From Candidatus Latescibacterota bacterium (GTDB lineage: Bacteria > Latescibacterota > UBA2968), in contig JAYODI010000041.1 in NCBI GenBank assembly GCA_038279365.1, forward strand, positions 1-46,871: DNA of 46,871 nt. Reading direction: 5' to 3'. Positions 1 to 10,094 of this stretch are shown here, piece after piece; within the stretch, counting starts at the first letter, position 1, and each line of letters begins with the position of its first letter. The translations under genes and the position numbers were made by a program. The notes below the pieces were generated by a model. That model did not search any database. It was not told where the DNA came from and saw nothing but the letters and a program-made list of their open reading frames with translations.

Positions 1-77
1 ACTTCTGGAAAGTCACTTCATTGATGCCTGGTTCTGAAGGCAAAAAACAGCAAGGTACCTTCCTCATTATAAAGTAG
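1..77 (+). CDS. 3' end of a gene running in from the left edge; resembles a T9SS/FlgD-Ig-type C-terminal sorting domain
   Basis: Frame from base 3 reads FWKVTSLMPGSEGKKQQGTFLIIK*, like the Y-F-x-x-V...K-F-x-I-I-K ending of T9SS C-terminal domains; lies directly before a PorV-family gene. Confidence 0.55.
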   Translation, partial: FWKVTSLMPGSEGKKQQGTFLIIK

Positions 78-118
78 TGCAAGTGCAAATTGGTAAGACC
101 TTTAAAGGAGAATAAATC

Positions 119-1135
119 ATGTTGAAAAAAGCAATGCTGTTCGGTTTGGCACTTGCGCTGTCTTTGCCGATGTATGCAGACGCTCAAGAAGTGCGGCCGA
201 CTCAGGCAGAATTGGGTGCCTTTCCGGTGGACCAAACACGTGTGCCACCCGAAACGGACTTGGCTGAATATGCTCGTATTACCACCACATCGTATGGTTT
301 TTTGAAGTTGACAGGCAATGCACGTTCTGCCGCTATGGGTGATGCTTACTCATCTGTTGGCAACGACTTGTCGGCTGTGTTTTACAACCCAGCAGGTATT
401 ACCCAAATTGAGCGCTATGCCGTTTCTGCTTCTTATTTGAAGTGGATCGTCGGTTCTCAAATGGGTTCATTTGCCTTGGGTGCCAAAACCAACTTTGCAA
501 CCATCGCAGTGAACTTTGCCTATTTCTCAACGGAATCGTTTGAAGAAACCACCTCAGCTCAACCCGGTGGTACAGGCCGTATGGTAACAGCTGGTGACAT
601 CGCTGCTGGTGTGACCATTGCCAAGCAAGTCACCGACAAGTTGTCGGTGGGTGGTAACATCCGTTATGTGAAAGAAGATCTCGATCTTCAAAGCTATTCC
701 TCAATTGACATAGATTTCGGTACCTTGTTCTACACCGGTTACAAGTCCACCCGTTTGGGTATGGCTCTTCGTAACTTGGGTGGTGACAAAGACGTGATTG
801 GTCAAAAAGCACGTTTCCCAATGGTGTTCAACTTGTCTGGTGCTGCCGAAGTGTATGGCAACTTGGGTGATCCTGTTTCTGTGACGGTTGCTGTTGAGCA
901 GATGTTCTTTACCGACTCTGTGAACCGTTACCACTTTGGTGGTGAAGCTTGGATCCAAAATATGATTGCTTTGCGCGCAGGTTACAAGACCGGTTATGAT
1001 TCTGAATCTTGGAGCTTGGGTGCAGGTTTGAAGCAAAAGATTGGTGAGCAAGGTGTGAGCGTAGACTTTTCTTATTCGAAGGCTGAAGCCCTCGATGAGT
1101 ATCCCATTCGTCTCTCGCTTGGCTTAACTTTCTAA
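119..1135 (+). CDS. PorV/PorQ family outer-membrane beta-barrel protein (FadL-like, T9SS-associated)
   Basis: Signal peptide; FLKLTGNARSAAMGDAYSSVGNDLSAVFYNPAG motif; amphipathic strands ending in F; AAAGGAG RBS. Confidence 0.85.
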   Translation: MLKKAMLFGLALALSLPMYADAQEVRPTQAELGAFPVDQTRVPPETDLAEYARITTTSYGFLKLTGNARSAAMGDAYSSVGNDLSAVFYNPAGITQIERYAVSASYLKWIVGSQMGSFALGAKTNFATIAVNFAYFSTESFEETTSAQPGGTGRMVTAGDIAAGVTIAKQVTDKLSVGGNIRYVKEDLDLQSYSSIDIDFGTLFYTGYKSTRLGMALRNLGGDKDVIGQKARFPMVFNLSGAAEVYGNLGDPVSVTVAVEQMFFTDSVNRYHFGGEAWIQNMIALRAGYKTGYDSESWSLGAGLKQKIGEQGVSVDFSYSKAEALDEYPIRLSLGLTF

Positions 1136-1180
1136 GGTGATTTGATTCTTGATCCTTTGGGATCTTAAGATCAATCTATA

Positions 1181-1219
1181 AAAAGGCGGTGTTGGATTTT
1201 TCCAACACCGCCTTTTTTT
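1181..1219 (+). terminator. Rho-independent terminator
   Basis: AAAAGGCGGTGTTGGA-TTTT-TCCAACACCGCC followed by a T run. Confidence 0.9.
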
Positions 1220-1389
1220 GTTTAAAATTTAAACATGTAGGTTATGACAAAAGTGGGGCTATTTTTTGAATCCGCCAATTATTTAGGCAAATTATGATAA
1301 AACAGATGGTTATGGACTCTAGGGGACTGTGCTTGCTGGGCGGGATAATCACTTGTATATTATGTATCATATTTAAAATGAGGGTATTT

Positions 1390-1869
1390 ATGGCAAAACG
1401 AGAGCCCATCTGGGTGATTGGGTGGCGCGAGTGGGTTGCGTTGCCAGACTTGGACGTTCCGGCAATAAAAGCAAAAATAGATACAGGTGCACGTTCATCT
1501 GCGCTTCACGCGTTTAATGTGGAGCCCTTTCGCCGTGGTGATAAGCATATGGTGCGATTTGAGGTGCACCCGTTACAACGTGGAGATCATGAGGCCGTGT
1601 CTGCCGAGGCTGAGTTAATTGGCGACCGCTTGATTCGAAGCTCTAATGGGCAGGAAGAATTGCGCCCTGTGATTGGTATGACGGTTCGGTTGTTGAATCG
1701 AGAGTGGGAAATTGAATTGACACTGACAAACAGAGATGAAATGGGATTTCGTATGTTGTTGGGCAGGGAGGCACTTCGGAACCGCTTTTTGGTGGATCCG
1801 GGGAAATCATTTCAGGCGGGACGGCCTATGCGTAAACGTCGCGTCAAAAATAAGAAGGAGCAGGTATGA
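1390..1869 (+). CDS. RimK-associated retropepsin-like protease (RimB-like, 'ATP-dependent zinc protease' family)
   Basis: [43 protein letters not shown] motifs; ATG 1390 follows a GAGGG RBS; overlaps the rimK start. Confidence 0.9.
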   Translation: MAKREPIWVIGWREWVALPDLDVPAIKAKIDTGARSSALHAFNVEPFRRGDKHMVRFEVHPLQRGDHEAVSAEAELIGDRLIRSSNGQEELRPVIGMTVRLLNREWEIELTLTNRDEMGFRMLLGREALRNRFLVDPGKSFQAGRPMRKRRVKNKKEQV

Positions 1870-2783
1870 AAATTGCGATTCTTTCGCGTAAGGCATCATT
1901 GTATTCGACACGACGCTTAAAGGAGGCAGGGCTTGAACGGGGGCATGAAGTGCATGTGGTTGATTATGCCCGATGTTATATGAATATTACTTCTCATCGT
2001 CCATCTGTGATTTTTCAGGGAGAGGCATTGCCCAAATACGGTGCCATTATTCCGCGCATTGGTGCGTCATATACATTTTATGGTACAGCAGTGGTGAGGC
2101 AGTTTGAAATGATGGGCGTATACTCCGTTAATGAATCACAGGCGATTTCTCGTTCGAGAGACAAATTGCGGTCTTTGCAATTGCTTGCCCGCGATGGCAT
2201 TGGTTTGCCCGTGACAGGATTTGCACACTCTACCAAAGACATTGATGGGTTGATCAAGACGGTTAATGGTGCACCTTTGGTGATTAAACTATTAGAAGGC
2301 ACCCAAGGTATTGGTGTGGTATTGGCCGAAACAAAAAAGGCAGCAGAATCGGTTATTGAGGCTTTTCGTGGTTTGAAAGCCAATATTTTGGTACAAGAGT
2401 TTATTAAAGAAGCCGGTGGTGCTGATATTCGTTGTTTGGTGGTGGGCAATCGGGTTGTGGCTTCTATGATTCGCAAGGCCGCCCCTGGTGAATTTCGTTC
2501 TAATTTGCATCGGGGAGGGACGGCAGAGGTTATAAAGATTACCCCAGAAGAACGTTCTACGGCTGTTCGTGCGGCACGCTCGATGGGGTTGAATGTGGCA
2601 GGGGTCGATATTTTGCGATCCAATCATGGGCCTGTGGTGATGGAAGTTAATTCTTCACCTGGGTTGGAAGGTATTGAAGCTGCAACAGGCATTGATGTGG
2701 CAAGTAAGATTATTGAATTGATAGAGAATAACCTCAAAAAAGGTAAAGCCACTGCAAAAACAAAAACAAAAGGAAAAGGGTAA
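1866..2783 (+). CDS. rimK: ATP-grasp alpha-L-glutamate ligase RimK
   Basis: [57 protein letters not shown]. Confidence 0.97.
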   Translation: MKIAILSRKASLYSTRRLKEAGLERGHEVHVVDYARCYMNITSHRPSVIFQGEALPKYGAIIPRIGASYTFYGTAVVRQFEMMGVYSVNESQAISRSRDKLRSLQLLARDGIGLPVTGFAHSTKDIDGLIKTVNGAPLVIKLLEGTQGIGVVLAETKKAAESVIEAFRGLKANILVQEFIKEAGGADIRCLVVGNRVVASMIRKAAPGEFRSNLHRGGTAEVIKITPEERSTAVRAARSMGLNVAGVDILRSNHGPVVMEVNSSPGLEGIEAATGIDVASKIIELIENNLKKGKATAKTKTKGKG

Positions 2784-2834
2784 TCGGATTGCCAACGTAT
2801 CTTGAAATGCTTCACATGCCAGACAAGGTTGATT

Positions 2835-3845
2835 ATGAAAAAGAGGCTACAAAAACAGGAACTATTTGAAATTGGCGGTGTAACGATTGCGCCAGGGGAA
2901 ATGAAGAAGATCAAAATTCCTTTGGCGCGATTGTATACCCACACACAAATGACGATTCCCGTAGAAGTGTTACACGGCCCGTATCCGGGTGCACGGTTGT
3001 TTATAAGTGCCACTTTGCACGGTGATGAAATTAATGGCATTGAAGTGATTCGGCAAGTGCTTGAAAAAATTGATGTCAAAAAACTGCGCGGTAGCATTGT
3101 GGCCGTGCCCATAGTCAATGTGTTTGGATTTATTTATCAATCTCGCTATTTGCCAGATCGGCGAGATTTAAACCGGTCTTTTCCTGGGGCTCAACGCGGA
3201 TCTATGGCGGCACGTTTGGCCTATCTGTTTTTGCATGAGGTGGTATATAAATGTACGCATGGCATAGATTTGCACACGGCGGCACCACCACGAACAAATT
3301 TGCCTCAAGTGCGTGCCAATTTACAAGACCCCGAAACACGTCGTATTGCAGAGGCTTTTGCAGCACCCGTGTTGATGCCTGGCACGGGTCCCGAAGGTTC
3401 TTTGAGACGCGTTGCAGCCAATAAAGGTATCCCTTTGTTGGTTTTTGAAGGTGGTGAGTCTTTTCGGTTTAATGAGTATACCATAGATATTGGTACCAAT
3501 GGTATTTTGCGTGTGATGGAAGCTTTGGATATGATTGATCCAGGTATTGCGCCACCGGGTGCTGCTTCAATGGTATCTAAACGCACAGGATGGGTGCGGG
3601 CGCGTCAAAGTGGTATCTTGCGATTGTCTGTGGGCATGGGTGAATATGTGACCAAAGGGGACAACTTGGGCGTCATTGCCGATCCTTTTGGCGGCAGTGC
3701 ATTGCCTGTGGTGGCCAATCGAGATGGTTTGGTTATTGGACGCGTGATTCAACCTTTGGTTCATCAGGGGGATGCGGTTTTACATTTGGCTGAGGCAGAT
3801 GAAGGCCCTCAATCTATCGATTTGTCAGACTCTCCACACAAATAA
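2835..3845 (+). CDS. Succinylglutamate desuccinylase/aspartoacylase (M14-like) family protein
   Basis: LHGDEING, RRDLNRSFPG, IDLHT and a C-terminal biotinyl-like hairpin; common rimK neighbour; ATG 2835 preferred over TTG 2802. Confidence 0.9.
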   Translation: MKKRLQKQELFEIGGVTIAPGEMKKIKIPLARLYTHTQMTIPVEVLHGPYPGARLFISATLHGDEINGIEVIRQVLEKIDVKKLRGSIVAVPIVNVFGFIYQSRYLPDRRDLNRSFPGAQRGSMAARLAYLFLHEVVYKCTHGIDLHTAAPPRTNLPQVRANLQDPETRRIAEAFAAPVLMPGTGPEGSLRRVAANKGIPLLVFEGGESFRFNEYTIDIGTNGILRVMEALDMIDPGIAPPGAASMVSKRTGWVRARQSGILRLSVGMGEYVTKGDNLGVIADPFGGSALPVVANRDGLVIGRVIQPLVHQGDAVLHLAEADEGPQSIDLSDSPHK

Positions 3846-3856
3846 GGATTTTTTGC

Positions 3857-5830
3857 ATGATTGAACGGGTAAAAAATCGATTAAAATTTCAAATAGAACG
3901 CATGCTTTTGCGCGGTGTACATTTGCGATTGTTGTTGATTGCCTCATTTGTGGGATTGATTGCGGTGATGGGGGGGGTAGCTGTACAGGTGACCGATGCG
4001 CCCTTTGATGATTATGGTACAGCCATTTGGTGGTCGTTTTTGAGGTTGACAGACCCAGGGTATTTGGGGGATGATGAAGGTTTGGTTCGACGCGTGATTT
4101 CGACGGTGGTTACGGTTTTGGGATATGTGATTTTTATGGGGTCTTTGATTGCTATTATGACCCAATGGCTCAATCAGACCATTCGAAAATTGGAACAAGG
4201 GTTTACGCCCATTGCTCAGAACAATCATATTTTAATTTTGGGATGGACAAATCGAACCCCTGCCATTGTTGAAGAGTTGATGCGTTCGGAAGGGCGGGTA
4301 CAGCGTTATTTGCGTCGGTTTCGGGCACGTGGGCTTCAGGTTGTGATTTTGGCAGAAGATGTGAGCTTGGAGCGTACACAAGAGTTGCGTGAAGAATTAG
4401 GAGATTTGTGGGATGCTAAAAAAATCACGTTTCGCTCCGGTACGCCATTACGCGTTGAGCACTTAGAACGCGTCGATTTCCATCATGCAGGTGCGATCAT
4501 TTTGCCAGGTGCTGATTTTGCCTATGGTTCTGCTGATGCATCGGACACGCGTATTATTAAAACGTTGTTGTCTGTAGCAAATCATGAAGCACACGATGTT
4601 GATGTGCCATTGCCGTTGTTGGTGACCGAAATTTTTGACCCGAGTAAAGTTGCATTGGTGAAGCAGTCTTATAAAGGGGCTTTTGAAGTTTTGGCCAGTG
4701 ATGTTTTTATTGCTCGCTGTTTGGCGCAAAATGTGCGTCACCCCGGTTTGTCGCGTATTTTTCGTGAAATATTGTCTCATGGCGAAGGCAGTGAAATTTA
4801 TGTGCGTACTCCTGATCAATTTGCGGGTTTCACATTTGGCGACTTAAATGATGCTTATCCCAAAGCGGTGTTGTTGGGTGTTGTTCGACCCGATGAAAAC
4901 AGTTTTGATCCGTTGCTGAATCCGCCTCGTGACTTTGTGTTGGAAATAGGTGATCGATTGGTTTTTTTGGCACATTGTTATGAAGATTGTGACCCGCCCA
5001 AAAACTACACCCCTAAAAAGACCACACAACAGCCAGGATTGGTGTTGGATGTACCCGTAAAACCTCATTGGCGTATTCTTGTGTTGGGATGGAATCACAA
5101 AGCTGCCGATTTGTTGGCTGAGTTTGATAGTTATGCGCGCGAACAATTTGAGATTGATGTGTTGTCGTTGACTTCTGTTGCAGATCGCGAAATGGACGTT
5201 AAACGCAAAGGGGTGGGGCTCCATCGGGTAGTCCTGCGACATTTTGAAGGTGATTATACGTCGTTGTCGGATTTGCAGGCACTCAACCCTGCCCAATATG
5301 AAAATGTGATTATATTGGGCAGTGACCGATTAGAAAGTGAAGAAGAATCGGATGCTCGGACCATTGTGGGGCATATGATGCTTTCTGAAACATTGAAAAA
5401 CACCACCAACACAGGGGTGGTTGTCGAGTTGATGGATCCCGAAAATTTACCTCTATTTGATGATCGTTTGGGTGAGGTATTGGTGACCCCCATGATGGCC
5501 AGTCATGTTTTGGCGCAAGTGGCACTGCGACGAGAGTTGAATGTGGTTTATGAAGAATTGTTTAGTCCGGGAGGGGCTGAGATATTTTTTAGACCGACAT
5601 CAGATTATGGTGTTGCTGGAAAGGAAATCAATTTTGCTACATTAAAGAACATGGCATTTGTGAAGGGAGAGATTGCACTGGGTGTGCGCATATGTGGCGA
5701 TGCCGTGCAGGATGAATGGATTTATTTAAACCCAGCGTGGGATCAGTCTTGGACGTTGTGTGAACAAGATGAACTGGTGGTGTTGGCAACGTATGGACTT
5801 GCCGAGTATCAACAACATATACAGGAGTAA
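3857..5830 (+). CDS. CASTOR/POLLUX-related cation channel with tandem RCK domains
   Basis: TM-pore-TM with WWSFLRLTDPGYLGDD, then HILILGW and ILVLGWN RCK folds, SDTRIIKTLL, SDARTI, EGSEIY. Confidence 0.85.
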   Translation: MIERVKNRLKFQIERMLLRGVHLRLLLIASFVGLIAVMGGVAVQVTDAPFDDYGTAIWWSFLRLTDPGYLGDDEGLVRRVISTVVTVLGYVIFMGSLIAIMTQWLNQTIRKLEQGFTPIAQNNHILILGWTNRTPAIVEELMRSEGRVQRYLRRFRARGLQVVILAEDVSLERTQELREELGDLWDAKKITFRSGTPLRVEHLERVDFHHAGAIILPGADFAYGSADASDTRIIKTLLSVANHEAHDVDVPLPLLVTEIFDPSKVALVKQSYKGAFEVLASDVFIARCLAQNVRHPGLSRIFREILSHGEGSEIYVRTPDQFAGFTFGDLNDAYPKAVLLGVVRPDENSFDPLLNPPRDFVLEIGDRLVFLAHCYEDCDPPKNYTPKKTTQQPGLVLDVPVKPHWRILVLGWNHKAADLLAEFDSYAREQFEIDVLSLTSVADREMDVKRKGVGLHRVVLRHFEGDYTSLSDLQALNPAQYENVIILGSDRLESEEESDARTIVGHMMLSETLKNTTNTGVVVELMDPENLPLFDDRLGEVLVTPMMASHVLAQVALRRELNVVYEELFSPGGAEIFFRPTSDYGVAGKEINFATLKNMAFVKGEIALGVRICGDAVQDEWIYLNPAWDQSWTLCEQDELVVLATYGLAEYQQHIQE

Positions 5831-5836
5831 TGTGGT

Positions 5837-6766
5837 GTGATGGAAGATTCGACACGTGTTATAAATGAACATCTGACCATTTTTGGTTTCTTGACAGAAC
5901 CTTTCCGTATTGGCATTGGCTCGAAAGAGATGAATTTGTTGATGCTCATTATGGCATGTTTAATATTTGTTGGTACAATTGTTTTTTCGCGCCTTTTAAC
6001 ACGTTTTTTAAAAAGAACGATATTTGTTCGAGCGAATATTAATGTGGGCGTACAAGCATCTATTGCACGGGTTTTGCACTACATTATGATGGCTATTGGC
6101 GTTTTGATTTCATTAGATTACATCGGTTTTGATTTGACAGCGTTAACGGCATTGGGTGCGGTATTGGGGGTGGGCATTGGATTTGGGTTGCAAAATTTGG
6201 CGAATAATTTTATAAGTGGTTTGGTGTTGTTGTTTGAGCGCCCGATACAAGTGGGAGATTTTGTGGAAGTCTCTGGGGTATTGGGTACTGTGCAAGCCGT
6301 TAATGCGCGCAGTACCACTGTTGATACACAAGACCATATTGCCATTATTGTGCCCAATTCTCATTTTGTTTCGCAAAGTGTGACCAATTGGAGTTATAGA
6401 GATACAAAAACGCGTATTCATGTGCGTGTGCATGTGGCCTTAATGTCTGATCCGAAAATGGTTGAGGCTGCCTTGTTGGAGGTTGCACGCTCACATGACT
6501 CTGTTTTGTCACACCCAGAACCACGCGTACAATTTTTGTCTTTTGGTGAAAGTGCTTTGCAATTTGACTTGTTGGTCTGGATTGAAAATCCACCACAACA
6601 ATTTTTTGTGCGCAGTGATCTCAATTTTGCAATTGCAGATATATTTAAACAACGAGGCATCGAAATTCCATTTCCACAACGCGATTTGCATGTGCGGTCT
6701 GCAGAAGGTTTGAATGCACATTTGCCAATGGATGCCTCTCTGCGCAAAGAAAACGATTCAAAATAA
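5837..6766 (+). CDS. MscS-family mechanosensitive channel
   Basis: GVGIGFGLQNLANNFISGLVLLFERPIQVGDFVEV, IIVPNS, IEIPFPQRDLHV. Confidence 0.95.
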   Translation: MMEDSTRVINEHLTIFGFLTEPFRIGIGSKEMNLLMLIMACLIFVGTIVFSRLLTRFLKRTIFVRANINVGVQASIARVLHYIMMAIGVLISLDYIGFDLTALTALGAVLGVGIGFGLQNLANNFISGLVLLFERPIQVGDFVEVSGVLGTVQAVNARSTTVDTQDHIAIIVPNSHFVSQSVTNWSYRDTKTRIHVRVHVALMSDPKMVEAALLEVARSHDSVLSHPEPRVQFLSFGESALQFDLLVWIENPPQQFFVRSDLNFAIADIFKQRGIEIPFPQRDLHVRSAEGLNAHLPMDASLRKENDSK

Positions 6767-6794
6767 ATATTTCTAACCAAAAAGAGGATGTATT

Positions 6795-7715
6795 ATGCAG
6801 GAAAGTATTTTAGAATTTTTTCGAAAGATTAACAAGGTTACAGAACCTTGGAATGAAACGATTTCAGGTGTTTTTTATGCGATCGTAGCACTGGCTGCAT
6901 TGCTGGTCATTTATAAGGTATCTATGCAATTGATTACCAAAGCCATGTTGCGACAAAAACGCACGAATGCCCAAATTCGTCAGTTCATGACCATGTGGCG
7001 TTATTCGTTTATGCTGGCGGGTATTTTGTTCGTGGTGGTGAGTATGTCAGGGTCTTTGTCCTCAATGCGAATAACTGTCCCTTTTGTAAGTATGATTTTG
7101 GGGTGGTCGTTGCAACGACCCGTTACGGGAGTAGCTGCGTGGTTGATGGTGATGATTAAAAAGCCTTTTGTGATAGGTGATCGCATTATTATTCAAGGGG
7201 TACGGGGGGATGTGCTGGAGATTTCGCCAACGCACATTTTATTGGGCGAAGTCGGGGGAACTGTTGGTGGAGAAGAATCTTCAAATCGAGGTATTTTGAT
7301 TCCTAATGCGGTGTTGTTTGATCAAATGGTGATTAATTATGCAGTGTCTCAAGAATCGAAATACATCTTAGATGAAGTGCCTGTGCGGATATCATATGAC
7401 TCTGATTATAAGTTGGCAGAACAAACGCTTATTGCCTGTGCACAAGACGTGACAGCAGATATTATAGCAGAAACCAATAAGAACCCATTGGTTCGGGCTG
7501 AATTTTTTGATTCGGGCATTATGATGCGGTTGCGTTATCAATCAATAGCTGTTGATCGACAAGAAATATCGAGTCATATAGTGGGCAAAATTGTACAGGC
7601 ATTTGCTCAAAGTGACAAGCTTGGGTTTGCATATCCGCATCAGGCCCTGGAAATTAAAACGGTGAAAACAGCATCGTTGCCACCGGCTTTTAAAAGGGTG
7701 GCCATAGAAGAGTAA
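6795..7715 (+). CDS. Second, divergent MscS-family mechanosensitive channel
   Basis: LGWSLQRPVTGVAAWLMVMIKKPFVIGDRI, ILIPNA, FAYPHQ. Confidence 0.85.
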   Translation: MQESILEFFRKINKVTEPWNETISGVFYAIVALAALLVIYKVSMQLITKAMLRQKRTNAQIRQFMTMWRYSFMLAGILFVVVSMSGSLSSMRITVPFVSMILGWSLQRPVTGVAAWLMVMIKKPFVIGDRIIIQGVRGDVLEISPTHILLGEVGGTVGGEESSNRGILIPNAVLFDQMVINYAVSQESKYILDEVPVRISYDSDYKLAEQTLIACAQDVTADIIAETNKNPLVRAEFFDSGIMMRLRYQSIAVDRQEISSHIVGKIVQAFAQSDKLGFAYPHQALEIKTVKTASLPPAFKRVAIEE

Positions 7716-7732
7716 ATGGCGTTTGAGTTTCA

Positions 7733-7879
7733 ATGGTAAAACACATTGGCGTAGATGCCGTGGTTTCGCCATCGCTTATGGCGAGTCGGTTAATGGTGCA
7801 ACGGGCCAATAGGCCAATAGGAGTTGGGTATGACGTTGGATGTATTGGGCGTACATTTATTTTGAAATCAAGCAAATAG
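7733..7879 (+). pseudogene. Possible remnant of a TrkA/RCK-domain gene (48 aa ORF)
   Basis: MVKHIGVDAVVSPSLMASRLMVQ resembles the GAD-x-VV-x-P...A-x-x-L end of TrkA_N domains; sits at the end of a channel operon. Confidence 0.3.
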
Positions 7880-7887
7880 GGTGGGTT

Positions 7888-10089
7888 ATGGGTTTTGTTA
7901 CAAAAAAAATATGGTTTATGGGTGTTGTTTGGATTTGTCTGTCGTCGGTTCTTTGGGCAGATGATGTGCATTTAACGGTGTTTCACAGCAACGATCTGTA
8001 TGGTGAATTGATGCCACGTGGGCGTTTGGGAGGTGTGGCGGTGCGCGTACATTTGATACGCGAATTGAGCCAGTCTACAAATAATGTTTTGGTTTTGGAT
8101 GCAGGAGATGCATTGGGGCCAGAAGCCTTGTCTTGGTTTGATGAAGGGACAACCATGGCATTGGCCTTACAACGTGCCAATGTAGCTGCCATGCTTCCAG
8201 GGAATATCGATTTGGTTTTGGGGTTAGACGTGCTTTTGAAGCGGCAAAAAGAAGCCTTATTGCCTATGGTATTGAGCAACATGTCGGGCAAAGAAGGGGT
8301 TACTTTGCCGGTGTCTCAAAACGCATTGGTGCAAGTAGGGGATGTGTTGGTGGGTGTGTTAGGGGTTTTAGACCCTGCTGTGGTTGAGACCGTGCCCCCT
8401 CGAAATATTGAAGGTTTTAAATTTTTTGATCCCGTGAAAACGGCCAATGAAACGGCCAAAGCTTTGCGCGCTCAAGGGGCAATGTGCGTGATTGCCTTAA
8501 CACATATGGATGAAGGCAAAACGTTGTCTTTTGCTCGCCAATTGGTGGGCATAGATTTGGTGGTTGCGGGAGGGTATGGTGGGTTGGAGCAGGTTCAAGG
8601 AGTGCCCTATGAAATACGCTTGCTCAATGGTTTGTCGGTGGTAACAACACCGCGCTATGGGGTGCATTTGGGGCGTGTGGATATGACATTTCGCCCCAAT
8701 GATGATAATGGGACTTTACAGCTCTTAAATGTGGTGGCGCAACAAATACCGATTGATGCTTCAATGAAACAAGATGCCGAAATTGCCGAACGTGTAGCAG
8801 ATCTAAAAGCCAATTATGACCTTGCAGCTCAAGAACCGTTGGGGCGTATTCGGGCCAAAACAATAGGAGAACAAGGCCAGTTGGTGGCAGGGATTATGCG
8901 AGGGCATATACACAGTGAAGTTGGTATGATCAATCGTGGGAGTTTGAGAAAGATTGTATCTGATGTTCCCCTTAAACGGGGTGATGTGGATGAATTGATA
9001 CGTTTTGACGATCGTTTGGTTAAGATGTTGTTAACGGGCAAGCAACTGAAGGCGATTGTGGCCCGGAGTCAACGCAGCAACCGCGATGCCTCTCAATTGA
9101 TGGTCGTCGGTTTTAACCCTAAAGATGGTACTGTTAATCGCCGACCAATTCGAGATGACGAGGTCTATCGGGTGGCTGTTACAGAGTTTTTGGCAGAAGG
9201 CGGAGATGGGTATGTTGAATTTAAGTCTGGCACACAAGTTGTTCATACGGGGATTGCGTTACGGGGGTTAATGGCAACGATGTTGCAAGATACATCGACT
9301 GTAATTGGTGTAGAAGATTTTTCAGATCTTGAATCTCAAAGTATTTGGCGAGCAAGCTGGGGCATAGATGGTGCTTTTAATCGCAATTATATTGATCGCA
9401 CCACTTTGGCATATCGTAAACAAAATGAAAAAATTTCTTTTTTGAGCGGTGAAACGAGTGTGTCATGGAATGCCATTATGCAATGGGCGTTAACGCGTGA
9501 CATGGGCCAGAATATTGTGCGCTTTGAAAATCGCATGTCATTTGGTCAGGTTGGAACCACATTTGGCGATTTGGAAAAGTCGGAAGATCAATTTGATGCC
9601 GATTTAACGTATGTGTATCGCACACGCAATTTTGTGGCTGAGCCTTATGGCTCTGTTGGGTATAGTACGGCAATTACAGCAACAGATGGGCAACGCCCCA
9701 AACTTGTGAAAAGCAGTACGGGTTTTTTGCGGCGGGTTAAGCGAGAGTTGTTGGTGAGCCTTGGTGCGCGCGCACAACGCGATTTAACTTTAAATGAAAA
9801 TGATGTGGGTTTTGAAATTGGGTTGGATGTACGTCGAAAGTTTCATCAAAATGGTCAGGTGCGTTCACGCGTGCGCAGTTTTTTTGGTGTGACAGACAGA
9901 CGGGTTATCTCTGTAGAAAATTACAATACACTAACAGTTCCACTCATGGGCGGTTTGAGTTTGTCGGCCCGCCAGAGCAATTTTTTGTATCGGGTAAATA
10001 AAATCAGAAACATACCCATTGATGGCATTGCGTTTCGTTGGGATTTAACCTTGGGGTTGGGGTATGATTTGGATTGGAAGTGGTATTGA
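7888..10089 (+). CDS. 5'-nucleotidase-like protein (metallophosphoesterase + 5_nucleotid_C, degenerate active site) fused to a predicted C-terminal outer-membrane beta-barrel
   Basis: Signal peptide; HSNDLYG, LDAGD, GNIDL, THMD, YRVAVTEFLAEGGDGY; last ~250 aa are amphipathic strands ending GLGYDLDWKWY. Confidence 0.75.
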   Translation: MGFVTKKIWFMGVVWICLSSVLWADDVHLTVFHSNDLYGELMPRGRLGGVAVRVHLIRELSQSTNNVLVLDAGDALGPEALSWFDEGTTMALALQRANVAAMLPGNIDLVLGLDVLLKRQKEALLPMVLSNMSGKEGVTLPVSQNALVQVGDVLVGVLGVLDPAVVETVPPRNIEGFKFFDPVKTANETAKALRAQGAMCVIALTHMDEGKTLSFARQLVGIDLVVAGGYGGLEQVQGVPYEIRLLNGLSVVTTPRYGVHLGRVDMTFRPNDDNGTLQLLNVVAQQIPIDASMKQDAEIAERVADLKANYDLAAQEPLGRIRAKTIGEQGQLVAGIMRGHIHSEVGMINRGSLRKIVSDVPLKRGDVDELIRFDDRLVKMLLTGKQLKAIVARSQRSNRDASQLMVVGFNPKDGTVNRRPIRDDEVYRVAVTEFLAEGGDGYVEFKSGTQVVHTGIALRGLMATMLQDTSTVIGVEDFSDLESQSIWRASWGIDGAFNRNYIDRTTLAYRKQNEKISFLSGETSVSWNAIMQWALTRDMGQNIVRFENRMSFGQVGTTFGDLEKSEDQFDADLTYVYRTRNFVAEPYGSVGYSTAITATDGQRPKLVKSSTGFLRRVKRELLVSLGARAQRDLTLNENDVGFEIGLDVRRKFHQNGQVRSRVRSFFGVTDRRVISVENYNTLTVPLMGGLSLSARQSNFLYRVNKIRNIPIDGIAFRWDLTLGLGYDLDWKWY

Positions 10090-10094
10090 TCTTT

